64,000 nucleotides of DNA from a virus, in IMG/VR virus record IMGVR_UViG_3300032257_000479, positions 1-64,000 of that record. One strand, 5' to 3'. Of this stretch, positions 41,901-51,400 are shown piece after piece. The position numbers were made by a program, and so were the translations under genes. Position 1 is the stretch's first letter. Each line of letters starts with the position of its first letter. Below the pieces are notes generated by a model, which did not search any database, was not told where the DNA came from, and was given only the letters and a program-made list of their open reading frames with translations.

Positions 41901-43608
41901 TTGCCCTATTTGGAACTGTAGCGATAGTCGGGTTGATAGATGGAACTTCTCTACTAAATATATCTTTAATATAAGGAAGTGGATTAATAGAAGATATTCC
42001 CTCATTAGAAGGTGTACCTCCAACGATTACGAACTCTTGACAATACAGTGTGTCTGTAATAGTTGGGCCTATTCCGTTATTTATGCCATCAGGTATTTCG
42101 ATTTTCAAGACAGAGGGAACGGCTTTATCGATTACCTCGTAAGATTGGCTACCAAGCTTTGGATCCAAAAATACTATTGTTGACCCATCATCGTCTAAAG
42201 CGTCAGTGTTATTTACAAGAACATCTAGGGTTTTATTGTTGTTCAGCAACACTGAAGCCGTTGCAGTACCTGTTGTTTTTGCTCTTATTGAAAATCTTGT
42301 ATCAGAAAATACGTTAATCGTATTTGATGAAACAAAAACTTTTATACCATTCTCTGCTAGCAAAGAAGAATTTTCTATATCATTTGCCAATTCGGAAACC
42401 GCATCAAGACCAGAATTAGCTATATCATCATAGTCGAATCTGATTTCAGAAAGTTCGCCTGTGGATAACCTGAAGATTATCCCAACAAATCCAGTTCCTG
42501 CTGAATCTATTGTGAAGCTATGGTAAAATTCTGATGGCCCAAGTATTGTTCCTGATCTTACCGGATTGCCATTGAACTTCAATGTAGATGGAGTATGAGC
42601 TACATACACTCTACTTGAAAGTATTGCCCCATCAAGAGGGTCTGTTGAATTAAACGCAGAAGAAAATGCAACAAGGCCTGTTCCGTTTGGTAAAAGAGCT
42701 GTATCTAGACTATTCTGTATTCTACAAATACTATCGCTTAAAACAGGATCAATTGATGCTTCGGATATTGGCCCGCAATAACCTATTCTTGAATTCACAT
42801 AATCTGATGAACTATCAAATATGCTAAGATCGCCAACAACAGAGCCGCTAAAGCAAAAATCATCTATTGATTCAAGCGTTCTTCCTGGAATCGGATCGCT
42901 ATCCAATATCGCACACTCAGGGGACTCTATTTGATTTGTCGATTGAAGCACCTGCATTGTCTCAGGTATATAGTGAACATTTCCGCCTGAAGAATAGGTG
43001 GATTTGTATGCATCTGTTGATTTTGAAAACGATATGGGGAATTTTTGCATAGAACCAGCAGAGAATGGCATCCCGCTCATAAGGTCTATTCCCATAATAT
43101 GCATAGAGCCTTTACCGTTTTTATCTGACCTAAGAATAAACGCTCTTCCGTTTATGAATACTTTTATCTTTATACTAGGATCTGTGTCTATTTCAATAAC
43201 AGCTTTGTCATCAGGCCCAACGAATGGAGGGTAAACAGAAATTTTATCTTTTGAAGTTGATTTTGAGGATGATTCAATCTGAAAGGCAAATGCCGAAATA
43301 TCTTTTACCGACCATTCCTCTCCATTTTGTTGCTCTACATTTGCATATATGGAAACAACAGAGCTTTCTGCATAATCAGGCAAAAGCAAGTCAACAGAAC
43401 CTGAAATATCGTTAACTCCTGGCTCAATATCCACATAACCATCTTCATAGCCCTTTATAGAACACTTTTGATTATAAGTGACATTTTCTATGTATAGTCT
43501 TTGACGACGATTCGACAAAAGACCTGAAACAATAAATTCAACAGAACTTGTCTCATTGATCTTTGCACTCGTTGGCTTTAGTTTAAATAGGATTGACACC
43601 GTAAACAC
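35911..43608 (-). CDS. Giant virion-type protein, about 2565 aa: BNR-like repeats, DUF642-like domain, laminin IV (Laminin_B)-like domain; start may be the GTG at 43599
   Basis: GNLHIVWESDR, AHVAWQSNR, LIAWHDNR; INGDFE...YGPIIDSV; WYVASPRFSGD...YGGRI...IRVSADFY; GGAG spacing favours GTG at 43599. Confidence 0.85.
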   Translation of the reverse strand: MFTVSILFKLKPTSAKINETSSVEFIVSGLLSNRRQRLYIENVTYNQKCSIKGYEDGYVDIEPGVNDISGSVDLLLPDYAESSVVSIYANVEQQNGEEWSVKDISAFAFQIESSSKSTSKDKISVYPPFVGPDDKAVIEIDTDPSIKIKVFINGRAFILRSDKNGKGSMHIMGIDLMSGMPFSAGSMQKFPISFSKSTDAYKSTYSSGGNVHYIPETMQVLQSTNQIESPECAILDSDPIPGRTLESIDDFCFSGSVVGDLSIFDSSSDYVNSRIGYCGPISEASIDPVLSDSICRIQNSLDTALLPNGTGLVAFSSAFNSTDPLDGAILSSRVYVAHTPSTLKFNGNPVRSGTILGPSEFYHSFTIDSAGTGFVGIIFRLSTGELSEIRFDYDDIANSGLDAVSELANDIENSSLLAENGIKVFVSSNTINVFSDTRFSIRAKTTGTATASVLLNNNKTLDVLVNNTDALDDDGSTIVFLDPKLGSQSYEVIDKAVPSVLKIEIPDGINNGIGPTITDTLYCQEFVIVGGTPSNEGISSINPLPYIKDIFSREVPSINPTIATVPNRANGTSYCYVVCQAPVNGVYQLFYYGISVGDEIDSDLDWTQITFEGENKNAKAECDNMGNLHIVWESDRNGGPSQIYCSVLGPGSRVISNQMLVSALEKERIQDDFNLSLISISNPLSLQTGWTRFLSNGGSVSVNGTGTVGIDGNPSADSAMAVFRLDSDQDGRDFDGLFSQLSYQLAFNITASSIGGSPFPKLLDSDIDRQFTDFKSQFSKSVNDQYSKDGNIFTLDKYDAVFDKIIPIAGSYKFGDFSSSSISGGSDARNVEHLGADEYVVSDEQSVVSNAGTNVNHFMVALMPEKVRFKASNIDPLFGYLDRNELEIDSSSTYIPQIEEIVYTGRYKMALILATSEDESTGDAANKKYHLLRQFGDAIDFDEIKNVKIAVHYSKANQDFIDGRIRSNPYISEQNSRFYGDIIVTVDNEVKLGESFVADFSDQYRAFDIGLGYPDGNSFVTQEQLPFNGNEYDDLSLLIKYENISVGPHSIQPNSAYINLSSHDRSTRQMVVTENISDILINGDFESNTLPEQSVVQLSTGDLSLSSWTVGNQVEVNYAPSLELGVVSLTGDYSVALTGLNDSSLGYIEQDITTVIGEDYILSFALSSNPNASAEFGEVTRKVLASSAAFSKTFSITNIENDIDPNWIIHTVEFTAVGTTTTLRLENVSDSESPFSDYGPIIDSVKVYRSSLLPNELFSQSAKNELLLSFEEYSLNYSLSTFGDMSKLPITISTSSQNRNPDISIDLLDKAHVAWQSNRNDYWDIYYSGMRDRSIPFRFETRITDSESTSIEPSISADKKGRRLIAWHDNRKGRYYQVFSALNKLDDPMYIDQCGIDEANEFIYQAEENVDPYDPYAIILDTLSCGIEFSFEPEISGTYYFVLDFYSDRERTSLIKSIDSRNSILGWKIDGNQMTALGAFALSSVSVPVTYTVSDDDGLGDSIYYVDIKYESVGSNDGDPTSYVDATQEDPAFGASIEVGDFEFDNVIFFKESLKKAGFNQSPENVSDIFETVSDDQSDGFSSPSSIIIGGNGILQGFDKDDIVASYYIQYDKIGSEEPTQKDFSITFEGPIVAIYVAPTTLDETNLTLGRRDVVYSQNNSRGTATSPDDSIVISEDRRTISGTFATARFNIDSMRVVVETLPEDSDTSGLIDAVYHCPFEQSKRCAVETDYYNDTQVDQEKMHFRVTFFADSEMNSAVFSSFSLFDVDNWIFGPSGYPASGVDVVSGETISIAFDPEVLPFEKFDDQGGEVENRTISSHFTFGSDNWSIQTSSGTSSALWLNDNSNGSLFHEDALPGDAWYVASPRFSGDIETLYGGRIDLSMRLDQDFSPSLGSQNLIIEIESSNGGTLRYTGSSRPDRGPLYSPFSVPLQSNTSWTHEPAGGGGFVASTETTMRSVIKDIETIRVSADFYSDADKSYLNSFSISPSNENSIPVFNKPLLCGVNYFYTIERFFEGAFNHVKDGSFLCPCFGTDANIWREDKDSINWLCSGQGFDDFRITQTDREAINANVVSSSNDLFYVSWEDYRFSRLSSDQPVISPDYFFGVYNANEDKFYSSAQGSYDRRMTYYEDETNGSLTLFDSSLFVDPFQNINIAFHDGSKVYHQGCSVGCAYEPFDPEMISPCMFTDGTDDSFYFVSTGPERDIEQYQKIRIRDEYVVYSTYLDIDTPISIINDCFIELDIIGVPGTYAYRLKNEDDDSFSEWMPIGPDLPVQAEDSDGASDERDFFRGYFIGKDRFIAPWIASSGNGTKRICCEVLTYFGKTERFCVDFQSIYKEIKYEIDFFFDESFESKVPSYNNYPILSTKETTTEITEEELRSIGEEVSSETSNTIYVRIKFEDVQKLELLERMRSLDRFSSFGEISFSVYQQGLNDQIGLSLTKQSNGVYSGSFTVEEDDSVLNVDGLGVILINIPGQCSPISFEDQNARLLKLLSPQNLDQNISILNNLDVFIDNYSDDDIRGSFGDPSYYKKNRFGIDSRGKEDIGETGGNNQWAGGGDGPLDNS

Positions 43609-44680
43609 TCTCCATCATATAATCAAATTTCTCTACCATTTTATCATAACCATAATTTCTATTCACAAAATTGTAGGCTTTTTCAGATTTATCCTTTGCT
43701 GAATCATAATCATCGACAACTAACTTCATCGCCATTGATACATCAGATGTTTTAATTCTTGGCCATTTTTGATAAGCAAACTGAGGTATATTGTCCATCA
43801 TGTCATGATGCAAAAAACCATCTGGCTTAATCAAGGAGCATCTGTCTTCTCTTGCATAGTCACAGCAACCTGAAAAGTCCGTAACAATAACAGGAACATT
43901 TACTGACATGGCTTGAAGCGGAGGAAGTCCAAATCCCTCTCCTAAGTTGGGCGAAATCAAGCAATCTGCTGATTTGTAAAATGATGGCATTTGATCATTG
44001 CTGAATATATTACTTTCAAACAAAATGGGGGCTAAATCCTCCCCAAATATCTTCATCCTGTCTGCAGTCTCTCTTTTTGCCTTGTCTACTTTATCTGTTT
44101 TTATAACAAGTCTCACTTTATCGTTAGAGCTAAAAGCTTCCGCCCAAGCATCTAAAAGGATATCCCAACCTTTTCTTTTCCTCCAAGTTCCAACAAATAG
44201 AAACACAAAATCATCGTTTTTATATAAAGGCGAAACATCTTTATTCCATCTATTCATATCTAAACCATGAGGAATATGTATTATTGGCTTCCTTACGCCT
44301 TGTTTTTCAAATGTTTTTGCATTGAACTCTGAAGGACATATAACTGCATCATTTTGATTTAAAGTACTGATCCATCGAGCTGGTGGCTTAAATGTTTCAA
44401 ATGTAGCATACCCTATGTTCTTTTTAAGTCTATTATCGACTCTTCTATGCATATCTGGTATCAAATGAAAAATCTGAACCGCATTAGGGTTTTGGGGTTT
44501 ATTTGTTAAAGATTGTATTTTTCTATACATACTTTCAGAAAAAGAATCTTTCTGTATTGTATGAATGCAGTTTACTCTAACATCATAGCGACCAGATGCG
44601 TCTAGCGCTAAAACATTTGTCAAGGCCGCTTGAGCGTATCCTGTTTGATTCATAAAGCAAACATAATCGATTGGTATCAT
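43583..44680 (-). CDS. Glycosyltransferase family 4 (GT-B) embedded among structural genes
   Basis: TGYAQAA, ICPSEFN, IPHGLD, FLFVGTWRKRKGWDILL, GEGFGLPPLQAM. Confidence 0.92.
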   Translation of the reverse strand: MIPIDYVCFMNQTGYAQAALTNVLALDASGRYDVRVNCIHTIQKDSFSESMYRKIQSLTNKPQNPNAVQIFHLIPDMHRRVDNRLKKNIGYATFETFKPPARWISTLNQNDAVICPSEFNAKTFEKQGVRKPIIHIPHGLDMNRWNKDVSPLYKNDDFVFLFVGTWRKRKGWDILLDAWAEAFSSNDKVRLVIKTDKVDKAKRETADRMKIFGEDLAPILFESNIFSNDQMPSFYKSADCLISPNLGEGFGLPPLQAMSVNVPVIVTDFSGCCDYAREDRCSLIKPDGFLHHDMMDNIPQFAYQKWPRIKTSDVSMAMKLVVDDYDSAKDKSEKAYNFVNRNYGYDKMVEKFDYMMESVYGVNPI

Positions 44681-44692
44681 ATATCAGACTCT

Positions 44693-47600
44693 TTAAGTGC
44701 TGATAACGATATTGTTATTCAGCAATGCTCGAACATCATTAATTTTGCTAAATAATCCGTCTCCAATTTGCCAAACGACATTCCCAAACTGATCCAACTT
44801 AACTATTCTGCCTGAATTTTGTAAAAAACTTGTTTCTGCAACAACGTAATTTCCTACAACATCAAGAACAGCATCGCTAGCATAGGACCCATCAGGAAGA
44901 TCATACTGAAAACTTATAGCTCCAGTATTCTTATCGATCAAAATGACCTTACCTCTATAGCCTCCAAGCTTGCGAGTTGCCTCTTGCTCAAACGTTTCCT
45001 CCCCATCAACTGTTGGCGGAGGCACCTCGTCATCAATTTGTATTAATCCAGCTATCAAAAGGTTATTTTCGTCAACTTCATAGACTGATCCAAGGGTATA
45101 ATCCGTGAAAGTTAGATTATCATAAGTAAAGCCTGTTTGTCCCGTTTCAAAATCAAACTCTATTATAGTTGAAAATCCTGTTTGCTCATCGCTATCTGTG
45201 CTGCTTCCATCAACAATAATCAGTATAACAGATGTCTGCGTGCTAAAGTTTGATGATGGGTCATTTGCATTGACATAGTTGGCTGTAAGGGTTATTGTAT
45301 ATTCCCCTATTACATCAGATGATGGGTCTGTTACTGTGAGCGTCCCAGATGTCCCAGGAGGGGCAGAAGCGAAACTTACGACTCCTGAGAGCTGTGCCGG
45401 TATGTCTGCCGTCCAGTTGATCACAAATCCATCTCCTGGAGCGTCAACAGATACTTCAAAGGTGCTGCTTGAGCCAACAGATACTTCTAGCTTTTGAACA
45501 GTCGAGGACTCTTCTACATCAAATGATATTTTAGAGTTTCCTATTATCCATTTTCCGGTAGATAATTCATTTGCAAATACTGGTCTATGTATTCCCTCAA
45601 TGAAAACGAGATTTCCGATATCAACAGTCATACCTCTTGGACCGATACGCTGCCCAACAGATGTTGTTGGTTGTATATCTTGAGGGAAAGCTCCTGGTCT
45701 AATTTGTAGAGAAACAACTGATGTCTGATTCGTCAACTGACTTGTCTTATCTAATGACAAATCTATTTCAAGAATCCTCAAATTGAACGGATTCTCATTC
45801 AATGTATCATTAACGCCCAGATCTATGAATGATCCACCAATCCAAAGCCTGAACTTAGTAATATCTATTTCTCCCAAAGTTATTTCTTGAGAAAATGCTA
45901 TTGAAAGTTTTCCGCTTGACTGATTGTATGTCGCGGAAAGGTGATAAAAGAAGTTTTCATCAGTTATATTATGGCTTGCTACGCCTTTTATGAAGTTTCC
46001 ATCTGGATCAGAAAGAATAACCCTATCATTCTCAAGATCCGCAACAAGGAATTCCTTGCTTGGCAATCTGTATACAGAGAATGGATTATTTAGACCAATA
46101 GCCCCTTGAGTCGCTGAAAAATTCGAAGACTCATTTGGAGAAATTGGCCATCCCTCTCCTTGAAATCCAACAACAGCAACTCTTTCAGGATCAGGTCCAG
46201 TCTCAGATACGACATTCTTGAATGAATAATACATATTCCCAACAGCAACATCGTCTGCTATTTTTATGAATGAGTCAAAAGTAAATGAGTCTTGCTGTCT
46301 TTCGGCGTTTACATATTCGCCTCGATCCCAAGTCTCTCCATCTGAAATGGTAAATCCAACATCTTCAGATGCTGATATATACTGAAGCTCAACAGAATCC
46401 AAAACAGGAGTCAGGCTTCTTCCATCATTGGATAGCAATCTGACATCTATTTCTATATCTGTTCCCTCAAGAGCGAAAACATCGCCTGATCTTAAATTGG
46501 AAGTAAACGCTGATCTATTTAATAGCGATGGAGAATTTGCGACTCTAGCTCTCGCTAGTATGCTGGTTCCTGTAGGTATTTCTGTTATGTAGTTGATCGC
46601 ATTAAAAACAACCGGGACTTGGCTCGAATATCTAAATCTAACATACCCCTCTGGTGGAAACAATTCTTGATTCCTTAAGAATATGTTGTCTATATAAAAA
46701 ATGTGCTTACTGCAAATATCGTTAGTGTAAAATACTATTTCACTTACATTGCCTCTTGCTTCATTATCTATTGAGAAAACTCTTCTTTCAAATCCATTTG
46801 CATCTGGATCAGGATTCTCTGTTATTTCGTCTTCGCCTAAAACAAGGTAATCTTGACTTCTTTCAGCCTCATCGCCTTCGCCGTTTACAAAATACATGAA
46901 TACGGCTCCATGACTTTGACTTAAGCTCTTGACATCTAAAAACAATTCATCGAATAATGACCAGTCGCTATTATCAGAAGATAGTTGACGACTAAACACT
47001 ACTTGAAAATCCCTGTCCGTGTTGAATTTTCCGCTGTAAAAACCTTGAGTCTTCAAGTTATCAGCTTGCTCCGCTGTTACTCCTATGTTGTCATCTACTA
47101 TTATTGTAGAAGACGCAAAGCCAGGAATCGCAACGCCTGCACTTGCTACATTCTCAAAGTTTTCAACAAATTGACTTGAAAGTCCGCCTCTAGTAAGACT
47201 TACCGTATCAAGAGCAATCGTTACAAGATTTCTATCATATGCACTAAGGAATGCTTGATTAGTATCCCAGAAAACAGAGTTTATTTGTCCGAATGCAGTA
47301 GGTTTACCTGATATGCATTGGCTAGTTAAATCTATTACAGAATTTGACGCATCAAAATCGATAAGGCTATTTGTTGTTACTCCGGGTATTACATTTAATG
47401 TATTTATGAATCCATCTTCGACTTCGGGATTATCATATTTCCATGCCGTCAAAAGCTTCATTAAGTTGGAACCAGAAACTTCTCCCAATAATTCCCTGTT
47501 GCCTGTTGAAACTATTCTAGCAAAAGAATCAAGAGCAGCATGGGTTAATAAACCATTGTTTTCCAGATCATTGTGATCCAGTATTGGTATTCTCTCTGGG

Positions 47601-48214
47601 TCCAATCTTCCGCTTATTATTTTTCCCGCGTCAAAATCTTCGAGTCTAGCTCCAGGCAATTGGTTTCTTGTCTCTTTCCTTAAATCAATCTTCGATGGAG
47701 AGCCCCTGTGCTTATGCTTAGCAATCTCTTCTTTGATCAATTCAATAAAACCTATCTCTTCTCTAAACGTATTGTCTACAGATAATACACTATTTGATCC
47801 TGTTGTAACTCTTCCCAATCTAATAGCTCCGCCGCCCAACGGTTGTCTGCTATATATAAATGAAACTTCTCTCGTTGAAGTTGAGCCGCCTGTAATGATT
47901 GCGTAAATATCAACAGAATCATTTGCTGGTAAATCGCTTATATCAACAGGGAACGTCGTTTCGGCTGCTATGAGATTTATGATACCTATACCAGAAGAAA
48001 CCGTAACAGAAATATTTCCTGTTCCAGTTGTATTTGGAGTTGGTTCAAGAGTCCACCCCTTTATTACTCCATTCCCAAAAATGCTATACAAGCCATAAAG
48101 CTGCTTATCTATAAGTAAAAATCTATCAATTTCTTTTCGTACATTGACAGCAAGATCCAATCGATCTCTAAAATCGAAGAAAGCCATGCCGTAAAATGGT
48201 GTTTGACCAGCCAT
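44693..48214 (-). CDS. Virion-type protein, 1173 aa: shared N-terminal module and C-terminal NHL/PQQ-like propeller with inserted Ig-like domains
   Basis: LNNPFSV...LVADLENDRVI; GRIVKLDQFGNVVWQ; N-terminus resembles that of 18817-23298. Confidence 0.8.
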   Translation of the reverse strand: MAGQTPFYGMAFFDFRDRLDLAVNVRKEIDRFLLIDKQLYGLYSIFGNGVIKGWTLEPTPNTTGTGNISVTVSSGIGIINLIAAETTFPVDISDLPANDSVDIYAIITGGSTSTREVSFIYSRQPLGGGAIRLGRVTTGSNSVLSVDNTFREEIGFIELIKEEIAKHKHRGSPSKIDLRKETRNQLPGARLEDFDAGKIISGRLDPERIPILDHNDLENNGLLTHAALDSFARIVSTGNRELLGEVSGSNLMKLLTAWKYDNPEVEDGFINTLNVIPGVTTNSLIDFDASNSVIDLTSQCISGKPTAFGQINSVFWDTNQAFLSAYDRNLVTIALDTVSLTRGGLSSQFVENFENVASAGVAIPGFASSTIIVDDNIGVTAEQADNLKTQGFYSGKFNTDRDFQVVFSRQLSSDNSDWSLFDELFLDVKSLSQSHGAVFMYFVNGEGDEAERSQDYLVLGEDEITENPDPDANGFERRVFSIDNEARGNVSEIVFYTNDICSKHIFYIDNIFLRNQELFPPEGYVRFRYSSQVPVVFNAINYITEIPTGTSILARARVANSPSLLNRSAFTSNLRSGDVFALEGTDIEIDVRLLSNDGRSLTPVLDSVELQYISASEDVGFTISDGETWDRGEYVNAERQQDSFTFDSFIKIADDVAVGNMYYSFKNVVSETGPDPERVAVVGFQGEGWPISPNESSNFSATQGAIGLNNPFSVYRLPSKEFLVADLENDRVILSDPDGNFIKGVASHNITDENFFYHLSATYNQSSGKLSIAFSQEITLGEIDITKFRLWIGGSFIDLGVNDTLNENPFNLRILEIDLSLDKTSQLTNQTSVVSLQIRPGAFPQDIQPTTSVGQRIGPRGMTVDIGNLVFIEGIHRPVFANELSTGKWIIGNSKISFDVEESSTVQKLEVSVGSSSTFEVSVDAPGDGFVINWTADIPAQLSGVVSFASAPPGTSGTLTVTDPSSDVIGEYTITLTANYVNANDPSSNFSTQTSVILIIVDGSSTDSDEQTGFSTIIEFDFETGQTGFTYDNLTFTDYTLGSVYEVDENNLLIAGLIQIDDEVPPPTVDGEETFEQEATRKLGGYRGKVILIDKNTGAISFQYDLPDGSYASDAVLDVVGNYVVAETSFLQNSGRIVKLDQFGNVVWQIGDGLFSKINDVRALLNNNIVIST

Positions 48215-48224
48215 GTATTATCCC

Positions 48225-48437
48225 TTATCGTCCAACAACCGGAGGACCGCCCAGATTTACAACAAGAAGTCCTTCTTGAGCATAGTATTTGGTTAATTGG
48301 AACATAGCAGTCCCTCTATACCCTTGCCTTCCTTCTCTTACAGAATCCGCAACTTCGCCTTTATTCATTTCCGCTTCGGCCCTGTTCTTGCTTTTATTCT
48401 GTATACTTCTTGCTGAGTTTCTTCCTGATGCTGACAT
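48225..48437 (-). CDS. Small basic hypothetical protein, 70 aa
   Basis: Strong AAGGAG SD; fills the gap between structural genes. Confidence 0.75.
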   Translation of the reverse strand: MSASGRNSARSIQNKSKNRAEAEMNKGEVADSVREGRQGYRGTAMFQLTKYYAQEGLLVVNLGGPPVVGR

Positions 48438-48449
48438 TATTGTTCTCCT

Positions 48450-51400
48450 TTATTCCTGACCTGCGTTATTTTGAGTTACATTGCCATCAAGTTCAATTGA
48501 TGTGTTATTTGTTTCTCCCCACTCAATATTGGTTGATGGGAATAGCCAGTAACATGTAAACTCTTGCCACCATTGATTTTTACTTGGATCAAGAGTTGAT
48601 TTTATATCGCCTATAATTAATCTTTGAGGCTCTATCATTCCCATGCCCCTAAATGTAACAATATCAAGAGGTCTTAATAAATTTCTTCCAACAGCCTTAA
48701 ATGATATAATAACAGGTGGAATAAACATTTTTGTTAAATTCTTGATATACCATTTAACAGTTGCTTCATCTCCAAATATACCATCTGCCTGCATATATTC
48801 CTTTGGATAACCCAAGAATCCTGGTTTATCCGGGTCAAACAACGAATCAAAATTTGTATGTCCTGCTACAAGTAACTTCCCGTCAGGTGTTGTGGAAATG
48901 ATTCTTATCTCATTGTTAATATCTTCTACTTTTCTGTTTATTTGATAAGCATCAAACACTTGTCTGTGTATTTCGTGCTCATTGGAATCATCTGGACTGG
49001 CAAAAAAATCAACCTTAGATAATCTGTTCCAATCAAAAGCGCTTAGTTCTTCGTTGTCACCTCCGCCTTGCTGAAACCCAAAAAGCTCTTGTTCGTAAGG
49101 CAAAGAATCATAATGAAAAACCCCAAGTCTATCAAAAAAGAAAACCTTTCCTGCAAGACTGGCTATTTTTTGAATAGCTCCATAATAATCGTCTCCATCT
49201 TTAAATCTTAAAAACGGTTCTTGAAGAATATCGTAAGAACCAGGTAACGCAAATTCTCTGTTAAATAAAGTCTCACCATTGTGAACCAAATTTATCCAAT
49301 TGTTACCTTCTTTATAATCTGCTAACCTTTTCAAGAGAGAAGCTGGCTGAGTTTGATCTTTAACTGAACCACCGCTTCCTGCTCCATCTCTAAATGCTGC
49401 CAATTGAAGTATTTCGTATATGGCATTAAAGTCTCTCATCTTATCGAAAAATGGCGAGTTCTTAAATTTTTGATCTTTAAGTATACCAGAATAATCAACC
49501 ACTTTGCATTTCATGGTTCTTTTATTATTCTCATAAGAAACTTCTCCGCCAAAACATAAGCCGGTGAACAAGACTCTGTCTATATCTCTGGATGGTAAAG
49601 GCATAATTCCACCTTCCCACCAAGATGATATCTGAACATAGAAAGCTTTGTCTGTCAAACTGTGTAGATATGGAGCATAGTTTTGATCATCTTGAAACTG
49701 CATACCTGCATTTATTAAAAAGGTTAAATTACCTTGATGATCTATCGTATTAAGCTGACCGCCTTGCCACCCATCAGCAGACCAGTCTTCGTTAAAACTT
49801 AAAACATGGTGACTTACATCTATCTTTTGCTTACTAAATGCAGGATCATCATCAGCGGGAACATATAATCTAAATCCTGTCATTATAGGAGTTATGCAAT
49901 TCTCTAGTCTCCAGTCATTTGAACCAGGAGAGCTTTCTGTATCGAAGTCTCCATCAATAGCTTCAAAAATATAAGTGCCTGCCTGTAATTTAACTGCAGC
50001 TTGGACAGTAAAAACATAATCATTATTTGATCCAATTGATTGTAGGCCGTTTCTTGAATTTATACATATCGTGCTTTTGTCTCTGTCCCTGTTCTGTGCA
50101 GAAATCTGTTGATCTGGAGCTTTACCTCTTTTTTGAACTAAATCAGGTTGAACGGCAATTGCCCTAGTTGAAGTTTTTCTTCCGTTAATTACTTCTTCAT
50201 ATATTTCAGCATCTTGATTATATTGAAAATCACTATTTGTTGTTTTCTTAGGCTTTGAGTTTGCTTTTTTGTTATTCGAAGTATTATAATCTAAAGTTTG
50301 CGCAACGCCTTTATCTCTTAACAGAAAACTCATATCGCTATCATCAACTGGGCCAAGAACAGATAATGGTTGAGGCATAGGCATATCTGCTACATTTGTG
50401 TATATTACAGGAGAAAAGCTAAACGCGCACTTTACATTGCCTGCCATGACAGCCATTCTTCCATGAGCAATAAGCATTGGAACTCTCTCTGAAACAAAAT
50501 CAGCTTCAGTTTGCTCATCGCTTGTTGAGTCATTTGAGGATCTGTTTACAAGGTCAGCTCTCTCTATTATCCAAGGATTATCTTCATGTCCCGAAAATGT
50601 AATTATGATTCTACCTAAATGCTGCCTAACGGTCATTCTTAAATTATCTTGACTCATAAGATCTCTTGAATTAGAATCTTTGTATGTAGAAAGCCTTCTG
50701 AGAATAGGAAATTCTGAAAGAGATGGAACTCTTCGGGAGCCCGCTTTTTCTGAATCATCTCCAGCATCGTCCCCTTCAACTTCGCAAGGTATATTTATTC
50801 TGTCATAGTGGCAAAATATTGGAGAAGATTTTTCTGCGAGCAGTATATAATAATTATGGCCTTTGTTTGTAAATATTCCATCTTTATTTGTTACGCCCTG
50901 ACTGCCTATTCCTATCTCTACCATATAATAAGCTTGTCTACTAAGATCAAACTTATCTAAAGACTCAGTTCTCACTGATCCGTCTTCTTCAAGCTGTATC
51001 ATCGCTAAGTTCTTTAGCCTGCAAGCTTTTGAATTGGAGTCTATAGAATTTACATCAAGATGCTCAAACTTTTTAAGCATTTTAAATTTTGCAGATCTGT
51101 TTCTGGGAACATCATTTGATCTAGCTTGTCTCCTAAATTCTACCCAAAAATCTTCTCCTTGAAAAATTGGAGTCCTCTTTTCTAGTCTCCAATGAATTCC
51201 TGGATTTATGTTTTTATAAACACCATTATTTAAAATAGTAGTATCATTATCTAATCCGTTTTGTTCAATAAGAGTAACAGGGCTAGCTAGGGCATTCTTT
51301 GTTTGTCTAGGGGAAATGAATTCTGATGTCAAATCTGAATAAGTAACTCCGTTCTCAAGAGTGACAACAACTGGCGAATTAATAGCATCGTAATCCCAAC

